From: Deltaproteobacteria bacterium
GTDB taxonomy: Bacteria; SAR324; NAC60-12
DNA length: 35,450 nucleotides
Direction: 5' to 3'
Assembly: GCA_002716165.1 (NCBI GenBank)
Contig: PAZT01000017.1
Span: 21,545 to 56,994 of the forward strand
Part shown: positions 17,951 to 26,958 of the stretch, in pieces
Layout of the letters: each line of letters starts with the position of its first letter
Position numbering within the stretch: position 1 is the stretch's first letter
Notes under the pieces: generated by a model
The model's database searches: none
What the model was told of the DNA's origin: nothing
The model's input: only the letters and a program-made list of their open reading frames with translations
Made by a program: the position numbers and the translations under genes

Positions 17951-19834
17951 TTAGGGACTTAACCAACGGTTTTGAGTCAATAGTAGGTAAGTCAAATGGT
18001 CAAAAGCTACAGCCTTTGATGCCAACTGAGATCGAATTAATTCATCAGATAAAGTATCCACTGGTTGGTAATCAAGAATTTTTTTCAGGCTGTGTACCAA
18101 AAATCCTTCCTTAGCAAAAATTTCTAGTAGTGCACCATCCTTAACAACAGCAAAGCTTTGTTTTGTTTTAAAAATATTTTTTCCGATTGTACTGTACTTC
18201 CCTTGCAGATCTAATAGTTCCACGAGGCTTGGGAATAGATCAATTTGTGAGGCAAATAGTTCTGATTTTTCAGGCTTAAAGTTCTCTGGACTGTAAATTA
18301 TTAATGGAATACGAAATTTGCCATAGGGGTCAGCACCTTGAAAATGCGCTAGAGCATGGTCAGCAGTTATAATAAAAACTGTTTCCTCGAAATCTTTTCT
18401 TTTGCTGAATTTTTTTATGAATTCTCCAACAGCCCAATCAGTGTAATTAAGCATGTTTAGGTAACCCCCTTCTGTGTTTGAACCATGCTTGTATTTGTTG
18501 AATGGGGCGCCCATTCGAGCAAATGGGGTGTGGTCTGCGCTCGCATTAACGAAGGCAATATAGCTAGATTGTTCACTTTTAAGCTTTTTAAGCAAAAACA
18601 TGAGCGCATCATAATCCCAACCTAAAGGGCGATCTGCAGCATCAACGTAATTAAGTAATATGGGATAATCTTCTAGTCCATAGTATTCATCAAATCCTGC
18701 AGCCCCTGCAATCAGATCCATAGAGAAAGATTCCCTAAGGGTTGTGGTCACGAATATTGTGCGGTAATTATTTTCTCTTGCAATTTGACCCAGACTTGAA
18801 AAATTAACCGATAAAGAGGTCATGTCTGGCATGCCTGGAAGAGGGGGAATACCTGTTAGAATTGATTGGACACCGTCCACGCTTCTTTGACCGTTTGCAA
18901 AAAAATTTTTATATACTAATCCTTTACTTGCAATTTGATCAATGTTTGGAGTAACCCCATAATTATTCCCATTAAGATGATCAACATATTTAAAAGATAA
19001 ACTTTCAATCATTATAAGAATCATATTTTTTTTTGGAGAAATGTTTGATCGAATATTGATTCTTTCAAGTGGATAGTCAGGATTTTTGGATAAAGGGAGG
19101 TTCAAAATTTTTTTGAATGTTTTTTCGTTCCCTTTTGTCCTTTCAATGAACCTACTGGATACACTGAAATGTGATGCTGTAAAAATACCATTGAGAATTA
19201 GATGCCCTTGACTCGCTGATCCATATTGGTAAGCGTCTATTACTGCAATAGGTTTCATTTGGAACCCTCCACGGCCAATTATAATCATCGTGAGTACAAT
19301 TAGAACAAAACTAAAAACCGACCTATGCCCTTTAGAGTTGAGTTTAAATGTATGTTTTAGAAAAACTGGATAACTTAAAAAAGCAAATAATAAAATGATA
19401 ATTACAGGTAAAAGATTTGTATACGCTTCAGTCATTAAGTAATTTGAATCATTTAGCAGAAATAGTAACTCATTCGTTATGTGCCTTTTTACGTAACTGA
19501 AATACAAGTAGTCTGAAGTAAGGAAAACTATTACTAGAACCAATTCAATGTAGATTAGGCTTAGTATTAAACCACGGTAAATTTTATTGCTAACAATTTT
19601 TAAGGGGAAAATAAGAAGAAAAATTGGAATGAAAAGCAGGATAGAAATAGAGGCTAGGTCAAAACGCAAACCCAAAAAGATACTCTTTAATAAACTGAAT
19701 AAATTCAGATTATTAAATAAATCTGGGTAGGAAAAATAAATAGCTATTCTAAAAAATTGAAAAATTAAGATAAAGATCAGGTATAATCCAATTACTTCCT
19801 GAAAAACAAATTTGATTTTATTGATATGATTCAA
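17951..19834 (-). CDS. LtaS/OpgB-type sulfatase-family (alkaline-phosphatase superfamily) membrane transferase
   Basis: 627 aa. About 5 N-terminal TM helices, then an extracytoplasmic sulfatase-like domain (LIMIESLS..., ANGQRSVDG, ITADHA). Confidence 0.75.
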   Translation of the reverse strand: MNHINKIKFVFQEVIGLYLIFILIFQFFRIAIYFSYPDLFNNLNLFSLLKSIFLGLRFDLASISILLFIPIFLLIFPLKIVSNKIYRGLILSLIYIELVLVIVFLTSDYLYFSYVKRHITNELLFLLNDSNYLMTEAYTNLLPVIIILLFAFLSYPVFLKHTFKLNSKGHRSVFSFVLIVLTMIIIGRGGFQMKPIAVIDAYQYGSASQGHLILNGIFTASHFSVSSRFIERTKGNEKTFKKILNLPLSKNPDYPLERINIRSNISPKKNMILIMIESLSFKYVDHLNGNNYGVTPNIDQIASKGLVYKNFFANGQRSVDGVQSILTGIPPLPGMPDMTSLSVNFSSLGQIARENNYRTIFVTTTLRESFSMDLIAGAAGFDEYYGLEDYPILLNYVDAADRPLGWDYDALMFLLKKLKSEQSSYIAFVNASADHTPFARMGAPFNKYKHGSNTEGGYLNMLNYTDWAVGEFIKKFSKRKDFEETVFIITADHALAHFQGADPYGKFRIPLIIYSPENFKPEKSELFASQIDLFPSLVELLDLQGKYSTIGKNIFKTKQSFAVVKDGALLEIFAKEGFLVHSLKKILDYQPVDTLSDELIRSQLASKAVAFDHLTYLLLTQNRWLSP

Positions 19835-19851
19835 TTTGATCGTATATTTAA

Positions 19852-20844
19852 ATGATTCCTTATAATTACAGATGTATAGATGAATCTATATTGCTACCAT
19901 TCTTAAAGAAATATGTGTTTTCAATCCTTCATCGATACATTCCTTATGGTATTCCTGCCAACTTCTTAACTCTAGTTTCAGTTATAGTAATTTGGTCTTG
20001 TTTTTTTTATCTCATAGGAGTCAACACTCCGGATGATATAGACATCATTATAGTTTTTTTTGTTATAACCATCTATGTAATTTTTGACCATTTTGATGGA
20101 TTGCAGGCAAAAAAAACAGGAACGGGATCTCCTCTAGGTGAAATATTAGACCACTACAGTGATGTCTTCAACGGTTCCATTATCCTTTATCTTTTTTTTC
20201 GAATACTTCAAATTGAACTAGACTGGATGTTTTATTTGGTTATTTGGGCAAACCTTGTCGCATTTACTGTGACCTACTTAGAGCAGAGCATAAGAAAAGA
20301 ATTGTATTTTGGTAAAATAGGATCATTGGAAGGAATCTCCCTAATATTGATTATTCTATTGAGTTTAATGACATCTTATGGAAAATATTTTTGGTTGAAA
20401 AAAACAATCTTTGATTTACCACTCCATATCTTTTTGGTTATAGGTCTAATCTTTGGAGTAATTATTACAGTAGTAGGAAGTTTAAGACGTTTGCAACGCA
20501 TACCCAAAACTTTCATTCATTATTTCATAATAGGGGGGTTACTTTGTTTCATTTGCTTTTATTTTCAAAACAGTTGGTATGTTTCCTTCTTAGTGATAAA
20601 TTTATATTCAGCTGATCTCATCCTTAAATCAATGAAATTTAATCTTCTGAATACCGAAATACCCAAACCAGATCCTTTAGTTTATTTACTCTTCCTGTCT
20701 CTTATTTTTCATCTTTTCTTTGAATACGAAATACGGTTCAGTTTCCTAGTTTATGCCTTTGTAGTCACAACTAAACTAATATGGGAAATATGCCAAATAT
20801 TTTACAAATTAAGAACTTATTGGATTTGGTGGAATATGCAATGA
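19852..20844 (+). CDS. CDP-alcohol phosphatidyltransferase family protein, CPT/EPT-like subtype
   Basis: Full signature D-x2-D-G-x2-A-K-x8-G-x3-D-x3-D in DHFDGLQAKKTGTGSPLGEILDHYSD (nt 20086-20163). 330 aa, polytopic membrane protein. Confidence 0.8.
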   Translation: MIPYNYRCIDESILLPFLKKYVFSILHRYIPYGIPANFLTLVSVIVIWSCFFYLIGVNTPDDIDIIIVFFVITIYVIFDHFDGLQAKKTGTGSPLGEILDHYSDVFNGSIILYLFFRILQIELDWMFYLVIWANLVAFTVTYLEQSIRKELYFGKIGSLEGISLILIILLSLMTSYGKYFWLKKTIFDLPLHIFLVIGLIFGVIITVVGSLRRLQRIPKTFIHYFIIGGLLCFICFYFQNSWYVSFLVINLYSADLILKSMKFNLLNTEIPKPDPLVYLLFLSLIFHLFFEYEIRFSFLVYAFVVTTKLIWEICQIFYKLRTYWIWWNMQ

Positions 20845-21005
20845 AAGATTATTTGTGGATTTTGTTTTTATTTTTTGATAATTAAACTACCATAAATCGA
20901 ATTATAATTTAGTATTATTTAAAATTTTGTTAATTTGATCTTTTAGTTAAAGTTTAAGAATTTCCGCAAAAATTATTCTCAAATAAGAGTCTTTCAATAA
21001 TTACG

Positions 21006-21034
21006 TTGACTGATTGAATTTTTCGGGTTAAATT
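21006..21034 (+). promoter_or_regulatory. Candidate sigma70-type promoter for rplY-pth
   Basis: TTGACT (21006-21011), 17-nt spacer, TAAATT (21029-21034), about 45 nt upstream of the rplY ATG. Confidence 0.4.
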
Positions 21035-21079
21035 TATGGATTATCCTTTTTAATAAACCATCCTTTTGATGGAACAAAT

Positions 21080-21760
21080 ATGGTACAAAACCAATTATTT
21101 GCCAACATTCGAAAAGTCACTGGTAAATCAACAAATAACAAACTGCGCCAAGCAGGAAAAATTCCTGCCACTCTTTATGGACAACGAGGTAATGTTCTTC
21201 TTGAAATGTCTGAGGAATCAACTCGCCATGTGCTTGAAAAAATGTCGGGTATGCATGAACTCGTTCCAATCTCAGTAAATGATTCTTCTAATAATGAAAA
21301 CTGGACCGCAAAGGTTTTACTTAGAGAAGTTCAGAAACACCCTTTTAAACATAAGCTTTTACACCTTGATTTTTGGGAATTACCTGAAACTAAAAAACAA
21401 TTAGTACGAATCCCTGTGCACATAACAGGAGAATCACCAGGAGTGAAAGGTGGTGGAGTTTTACAGATGGTTGTTAGGGAAATCCCGGTAATCTGCCTAC
21501 CTGCAGACATCCCTTCTAAGCTTGAGGTAGATGTTTCTAAACTTGAGATTGGAGATTCTATAAAAATTCAAGAAGTCGAACTTCCTGAAAAAGTTTCCCT
21601 AAATACTGAAGAGAATTATGCCATAATTTCAATTGTGGGACGTGCCCCAGAAGAAGAGGAATTAATCGAAGATATGGAAGATCAAGAAGGAGCAAAAGGA
21701 GATGAAGAAAAAGAAGAAGTGACAGTGAAAGATAATGCTGTAGTAAGCGAAGAAGAGTAA
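21080..21760 (+). CDS. rplY: 50S ribosomal protein L25 / general stress protein Ctc, with an acidic C-terminal tail
   Basis: N-terminus RKVTGKSTNNKLRQAGKIPATLYG, plus the Ctc C-domain. The tail is APEEEELIEDMEDQEGAKGDEEKEE.... Confidence 0.9.
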   Translation: MVQNQLFANIRKVTGKSTNNKLRQAGKIPATLYGQRGNVLLEMSEESTRHVLEKMSGMHELVPISVNDSSNNENWTAKVLLREVQKHPFKHKLLHLDFWELPETKKQLVRIPVHITGESPGVKGGGVLQMVVREIPVICLPADIPSKLEVDVSKLEIGDSIKIQEVELPEKVSLNTEENYAIISIVGRAPEEEELIEDMEDQEGAKGDEEKEEVTVKDNAVVSEEE

Positions 21761-21810
21761 ACAAATTAGTGAATGTAAAAAGATAATTTACAGAAAAAGG
21801 ATGATTGGTC

Positions 21811-22380
21811 ATGAAACTGGTGGCCGGACTGGGTAATCCAGGCAAGGAGTATAGTTGGACACCACACAATGTTGGGTTTCATTTTTTAGATTTTTTGGTA
21901 GAACATCTAGATATCACTAGTTTCCAATCAAAATTTAATAGCAAAATCTGCAGTAAATTGATCGGAGGGGAATCTTGTCTTTTCATTAAACCCCACACCT
22001 ATATGAACAAAAGTGGTGAGTCTGTTGCTGAATTTGTAAATTTTTACAAAATTCCCTTAGAAAAAATTGTAATCATTTCTGATGATATTGATCTACCCTC
22101 GGGGAAAGTTCGTTTTCGAGTTGAAGGAGGGCATGGAGGTCATAATGGCTTACGCTCGATAATAAAATCACTGGGTAACGACAACTTCCACAGAATTAGA
22201 TTTGGTGTTGGTAGACCGCCAGATAAAAATGATGTAATAGGTCACGTACTGGGTCGTTGGTCAAAAGAAGAAAATAAAATAACCAGAAGAGCTTTTCATC
22301 TTGCTCTTAAAGATATAGTAAGGTTCTTGGAGACCTCTCAATTTGAGAACGTATCTCTTTCAACTTCTCAAATTGAATAG
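21811..22380 (+). CDS. pth: Peptidyl-tRNA hydrolase
   Basis: MKLVAGLGNPGKEYSWTPHNVGF, GGHGGHNGLRS and RIRFGVGRP. AAAGGA RBS lies upstream of ATG 21811. Confidence 0.9.
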   Translation: MKLVAGLGNPGKEYSWTPHNVGFHFLDFLVEHLDITSFQSKFNSKICSKLIGGESCLFIKPHTYMNKSGESVAEFVNFYKIPLEKIVIISDDIDLPSGKVRFRVEGGHGGHNGLRSIIKSLGNDNFHRIRFGVGRPPDKNDVIGHVLGRWSKEENKITRRAFHLALKDIVRFLETSQFENVSLSTSQIE

Positions 22381-22425
22381 GTAGCTGGTAATCATTAATA
22401 TAACAATTAATTATCCATTTAAAAC

Positions 22426-23517
22426 ATGTCACTAGAAGTAGGGATCGTCGGTTTACCTAATGTAGGTAAGTCTACTTTATTTAGTGCAATAACTAAAGTT
22501 AAGGCAGATGCAGAAAATTATCCATTTTGTACAATTGAACCAAATTACGGAATTGTTAGGCTTAACGATCCACGAGTGACTAGACTTGCAGAGATAATGA
22601 AGCCTGAACGTCTAGTACCTGCAACTTTAAAAGTTGTAGACATAGCAGGACTTGTTAAAGGTGCAAGTAAAGGAGAAGGACTGGGGAATAAGTTTTTGAG
22701 TAATATTAGGGAGGTCGATGCAATTGCGCATGTAGTAAGGTGCTTTGAAGATAAAAGTGTAGCACATGTGGAAAAAAATTATGATCCAGTTGGGGATGTT
22801 ATTGTTGTAAATACAGAACTGATTTTGTCAGATTTAGAACAGGTTGAGCGCAAAATAGAAAGGCTGCATAAACAGATTAAAGGTGACCGTGACTTAGAAG
22901 AAGAGCTATCTGTTTTTGAAAAGATTAAAAATCATTTGGGAGAGGGATATCCTGCAATTACCGCAGATTTGGGTTCAGATGAGAAGTTGATAGTTAGTGA
23001 ATTGAATTTGCTTTCAATGAAACCATACATCTATATTGCAAATGTTTCTGAAAATCAGTTGAATGATGCTTCAGATTCTGAAAAACAATTACGTAAATTT
23101 GCTTCTCAAGACGGGGTAGAAGTTATTCCTATTTGCGCAAAGGTTGAATTCGAACTTTCAGAAATGGACAATGAAGAATCAGACTTTTTTATGGAAGAAC
23201 TAGGGATTGATGGAAGCGGAATTGATCAACTAACTAATTCAGGTTACAGGATGCTTGAACAAATAACTTATTTTACTGCGGGAAAAAATGAAGTTAGAGC
23301 ATGGGAAATTAGAAAAGGTACTACTGCTCCAGAGGCTGCAGGAAAAATTCATACTGACTTTGAAAAAGGCTTCATTAGAGCAGAAGTATTCCATTTTGAT
23401 GACATTGACAGATTAGGATCAGAGTCCTCAGTTAAAGAAGCTGGACGTTGGCGACTTGAAGGAAAGGATTATGTTGTAAATGATGGAGATATCATGCATT
23501 TCCGTTTCAACAACTAA
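22426..23517 (+). CDS. ychF: Redox-regulated ATPase YchF (Obg-like)
   Basis: GIVGLPNVGKSTLF P-loop, DIAGLVKGAS, and the C-terminal TGS region RAWEIRKGTTAPEAAGKIHTDFEKGFIRAEV. Confidence 0.95.
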   Translation: MSLEVGIVGLPNVGKSTLFSAITKVKADAENYPFCTIEPNYGIVRLNDPRVTRLAEIMKPERLVPATLKVVDIAGLVKGASKGEGLGNKFLSNIREVDAIAHVVRCFEDKSVAHVEKNYDPVGDVIVVNTELILSDLEQVERKIERLHKQIKGDRDLEEELSVFEKIKNHLGEGYPAITADLGSDEKLIVSELNLLSMKPYIYIANVSENQLNDASDSEKQLRKFASQDGVEVIPICAKVEFELSEMDNEESDFFMEELGIDGSGIDQLTNSGYRMLEQITYFTAGKNEVRAWEIRKGTTAPEAAGKIHTDFEKGFIRAEVFHFDDIDRLGSESSVKEAGRWRLEGKDYVVNDGDIMHFRFNN

Positions 23518-23613
23518 AAAATACTTTCTTAAAAGTAAAAAATATTAATATAAATATTTCCTTGTTCACATTGCTGGACTTATTGGCATAACAATAATCC
23601 GAAAGGAAGAAAA

Positions 23614-24141
23614 ATGACAGGATTTGAACTTGTATTCATTACAGACCCAGCACTTAGCGATAAGGAGCTTGAAAACTTTCAAAAAAATATTAAAATGAGC
23701 CTCTCCAAATCGGAAGGTGAATTAGTCCATGAATATGTATGGGGACGTAGACGATTAGCATATGAAATTGACGGAAACGATTTTGGTTTTTACCATACAT
23801 GGTACTTTACAGGAAATGGCAAAACGGTTGATGAATTACAAAGACAATTTGGATATTCAGATAATGTTTTGCGCCATCAAATTGTCAAAGTAGAAGATAT
23901 TGATACAGAAGCAGCATTTATGCAAAGCTTAATTCCTCCAAAAGAAGAAAGAGTTGAAAAAGAAACATCTAAAGAAAGTTCTCATGACAAGCAAGAATCC
24001 GAAAAAGCAGTATTGGCAAATTCTGATGATGAAAAGTTAAATGAAAAAGAACTAGAAGAAATTAATAAAGAATTAAAATTAGAAAAAAAACAACCTGAAA
24101 ATATCTCTAATGAAGAAGATTCAGAAGCGAAAGAAACGTGA
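23614..24141 (+). CDS. rpsF: 30S ribosomal protein S6 with a long acidic C-terminal extension
   Basis: FELVFITDP...WGRRRLAYEI...GFYHTWYF...VLRHQIVKVE. About 75 extra E/K/S-rich residues. AGGAAG RBS present. Confidence 0.9.
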   Translation: MTGFELVFITDPALSDKELENFQKNIKMSLSKSEGELVHEYVWGRRRLAYEIDGNDFGFYHTWYFTGNGKTVDELQRQFGYSDNVLRHQIVKVEDIDTEAAFMQSLIPPKEERVEKETSKESSHDKQESEKAVLANSDDEKLNEKELEEINKELKLEKKQPENISNEEDSEAKET

Positions 24142-24204
24142 TCTCAGTCTATATGTAAATTATTTTAATTATTACTTTATCCTGAACTTAACTAATTAGT
24201 ATTC

Positions 24205-24592
24205 ATGCAGAAAAAAAGAAGAAGGCCTCATCTAAGAAGGAAACGCATCCCCACTAGTATTTTACTAAGAAGCAAAAAAAAAATTATGCCCATTTAAGGA
24301 AGCTGGAATCGAAAAAATTGATTACAAAGATGTTGAATTACTGAAAGATTATGTGACACAAGGAGGAAAGATTATACCGAGCAGAATTTCTGGGGTCTGC
24401 ACTTCAAATCAAAGAAAGTTAAAAATAGCTGTCAGACGAGCAAGAAACGTTGCTTTACTATCACCTATGAAGGGATACGTCCCACAACAATTAAGTACAG
24501 ATCGAAGATTTTTGGTAAAACCTACTTCTGTTATTTCAACAGGAAATGCAGAAGATATTGGAACTGATAATCAAGAAAATAATGATAGTTAA
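24205..24592 (+). CDS. rpsR: 30S ribosomal protein S18, reading frame broken at an A10 run (would be contiguous with A9)
   Basis: ATG 24205 opens the Arg/Lys-rich MQKKRRRPHLRRKR...SKKK, ending at the A10 run. The +1 frame continues LCPFKEAGIEKIDYKDVELLKDYVTQGGKIIPSRISGVCTSNQRKLKIAVRRARNVALLS, the S18 core. That frame has no ATG/GTG/TTG before GTG 24353. Confidence 0.75.
24274..24283 (+). repeat. A10 homopolymer at the rpsR frame junction
   Basis: Counted directly: agc-AAAAAAAAAA-ttatgc. Confidence 0.95.
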
Positions 24593-24607
24593 ATTTAGGG
24601 AAAAATT

Positions 24608-25249
24608 GTGAAAATAATATTAACACAGAATGTAGAAAATTTAGGTTCTTTAGGTGATACAATTGAGGTAAAACCCGGTTATGGACGCAATTACCTTATA
24701 CCTAAGGGATTCGCACTGCTGGCAACAGGCAAGACTTCTAAAGAATCGCGACATCGTCTTCAACACCTTAAAAAACTGCGTGAAGGTGAAATTGAAATTG
24801 CACAAGAACAGGCAGAAAAACTAAAGACATTTAAACTTGAAGTCATTAGGAAAGCTGGGCCAGGTGGTAGACTGTTTGGTTCTGTCACCAATAGAGATTT
24901 AAGCTTATTACTCAAAGAAAATAAATTTGAATTAAATCGGCGTGCTATTCAATTGAATTCGCCAATTAGGGATGCTGGTACTCACGAATTTTCTGTCCGA
25001 ATACATTCAGAAGTTACTGTGTCTATGCAAGTTCAAGTAAAACCAGAAATTGAAAAAATTCCTGCTGAAAAGAAACTGGAAAGTCCAGAGACAGAGCAAA
25101 AAGAATTAGAAAAACTAAACGAAAATATCCAGCTGGACGAGAACAATGCAGAAAAAGAAACCGAAAATTTACAAACAGAACAAAATAATGTTGAAAAGGA
25201 TCTCGGTCAAGACGAAACTGTAACTAGTCAAAAAGATATTGAGGGGTAA
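24608..25249 (+). CDS. rplI: 50S ribosomal protein L9 with a C-terminal low-complexity extension
   Basis: GTG start. MKIILTQNVENLGSLGDTIEVKPGYGRNYLIPKGFA. About 65 extra E/K/N/Q-rich residues. Confidence 0.9.
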   Translation: MKIILTQNVENLGSLGDTIEVKPGYGRNYLIPKGFALLATGKTSKESRHRLQHLKKLREGEIEIAQEQAEKLKTFKLEVIRKAGPGGRLFGSVTNRDLSLLLKENKFELNRRAIQLNSPIRDAGTHEFSVRIHSEVTVSMQVQVKPEIEKIPAEKKLESPETEQKELEKLNENIQLDENNAEKETENLQTEQNNVEKDLGQDETVTSQKDIEG

Positions 25250-25369
25250 AATCTATTACTTTTAGTGTCTGGATATATAGGTTAATTCAGAGCTTTTCAC
25301 TTAACTGACATATTTATTACTTCCTTTTTTTCCTAACTCTTGGGGCCTTTCTCTATACCCGGAGTAAAA

Positions 25370-26806
25370 ATGCTTTCACCTAACATAAAATCAGGAACCA
25401 TTCCTAAAGTTGATAACTCAAAAAGATCAATGTCAAAAAATACTGATCTTGGAGAAGTTCTACCTTATGATAAAATGGCGGAACAAGCTGTTTTGGGTGC
25501 AATAATTATCCAGAACTCAATCCTTCCACAAATACTTGACTTAATTAATACTGAAGATTTTTTTTCTCCAGCCAATCAGTATATCTTTTCAGCCATGCAG
25601 GAAATGGCTTCAGAGGAACCTCCTATACCAATTGATGAGCTGACATTATTACGTAAGCTTGAATCTAGCCAAAAACTTGAGTTAACTGGGGGTGTCGAGT
25701 ATTTGAATGAATTATCCCAAAAAACACCAGTTGCAGAAAATGCAGAGTTTTACGCTCAGATTGTAAGAGAAAAGGGGCAACTACGTGACATAATTCTTAC
25801 AGCTCATGAAGTTGCAAAACGTGGACAAGAAGGAACCGCTAACGATATTTCTGAATTCATAGACGAGGCTGCTGATCGCTTGAGATCTATCGATGCACGT
25901 ACCCGTCTGAGAAGATATACTCATCTTAAAGAAATTCTTTCAGCAAATTTTGAACAGCTAGAAAAGATTTCTGAGTCTCCTGAAACTGTTACTGGAGTAC
26001 CTACTGGTTTTACTGAACTGGATGAAATTACACGGGGATTTCAAAATGGAGATTTAATTATCATTGCAGCTCGACCTTCCATGGGTAAAACTGCTTTGGC
26101 AATTAATATGGCGCTATATGCTGCAGGACACGCTCATATACCATCTCTTTTTTTCAGCTTGGAAATGCCCAAAGAACATATTGCTATGCGTCTTATCTGC
26201 AGTGAAGCAAAGGTAAATAGCAGTAAATTGCTTGTAGGAGATCTTAACCAGCAGGACTGGGACAAACTAATGGAAGGCACTACTCGTATGATGGAAGCGC
26301 CATTATTGATTGATGATCGCTCTTCAATCAATCCAAATTATATAAGACAGGTAATTCGTCAGGCAAAAAATGAATATCCCTCACTTGGTCTTGTGGTAGT
26401 GGATTATGTGCAGCTAATGCAGGGTAATTTGAGGAATCCTTCTCGTGAACAGGAAATAGCAGAAATTTCCAGATCTATGAAAGCCTTAGCAAAAGAGTTT
26501 TCCCTTCCTATGGTAGTTCTTTCTCAGCTTAATCGAAGCTTGGAAAGACGTACAGAAAAACGTCCTATGATGTCTGATTTAAGGGAATCAGGTGCTCTCG
26601 AACAAGATGCAGATCTAATATTTTTTATTTATCGTGATGAAGTATATAATGAGGATTCTGAAGACAAGGGAATTGCTGAAATTAGTATAGCAAAACACAG
26701 AAACGGTGCAATTGGGACCAAAAGACTTGCATTTATTGGCCAATACACAAAATTCGCAAATCTTGCTTTGGGGAAAAATAATACTTCATCACAATCGGTC
26801 GATTAG
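25370..26806 (+). CDS. dnaB: Replicative DNA helicase DnaB
   Basis: N-domain AEQAVLGAIII, Walker A AARPSMGKTALA, Walker B VVVDYVQLM, then SQLNRSLE and RESGALEQDADL. GGAG RBS lies 5 nt before ATG 25370. No intein. Confidence 0.95.
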   Translation: MLSPNIKSGTIPKVDNSKRSMSKNTDLGEVLPYDKMAEQAVLGAIIIQNSILPQILDLINTEDFFSPANQYIFSAMQEMASEEPPIPIDELTLLRKLESSQKLELTGGVEYLNELSQKTPVAENAEFYAQIVREKGQLRDIILTAHEVAKRGQEGTANDISEFIDEAADRLRSIDARTRLRRYTHLKEILSANFEQLEKISESPETVTGVPTGFTELDEITRGFQNGDLIIIAARPSMGKTALAINMALYAAGHAHIPSLFFSLEMPKEHIAMRLICSEAKVNSSKLLVGDLNQQDWDKLMEGTTRMMEAPLLIDDRSSINPNYIRQVIRQAKNEYPSLGLVVVDYVQLMQGNLRNPSREQEIAEISRSMKALAKEFSLPMVVLSQLNRSLERRTEKRPMMSDLRESGALEQDADLIFFIYRDEVYNEDSEDKGIAEISIAKHRNGAIGTKRLAFIGQYTKFANLALGKNNTSSQSVD

Positions 26807-26958
26807 GTATAATGATCAAATTAATTAAAAATACCTAGCGACCAAATTTACAAACGAAAATATCAAAATAATTTATATATCCACATCTTGCTGTCTGAAG
26901 CTATTTAAATAACCTTGGTAGAAAATTCATTCTAAAGTCCTATTTTTAATAATCACTG

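Noticed and set aside
21066-21278. 70-aa ORF overlapping the start of rplY in another frame; also 21558-21869 antisense across the rplY/pth junction.
   Set aside because: The L25/Ctc and Pth frames are unambiguous. The overlapping ORFs are low-complexity with no motifs.
24142-24204. No ssb/priB gene between rpsF and rpsR, unlike the classic rpsF-(priB/ssb)-rpsR-rplI operon.
   Set aside because: ssb is encoded elsewhere in many lineages. Absence from a 63-nt spacer is not informative by itself.
24353-24592. The ORF-track model of S18 starting at GTG 24353 (79 aa).
   Set aside because: It would omit the conserved LCPF...IDYKDVELLKDY segment, which is encoded in the same frame immediately upstream. 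The upstream ATG ORF joins it across the A10 run.
26876-26884. DnaA-box-like 9-mer ATATCCACA downstream of dnaB, with weaker matches TGTGGAAAA near 9808 and TGTGGATTT near 20864. Considered as a possible origin.
   Set aside because: These are single, scattered, imperfect boxes. There is no cluster, no adjacent dnaA/dnaN and no AT-rich 13-mer array distinct from the general AT-rich background.
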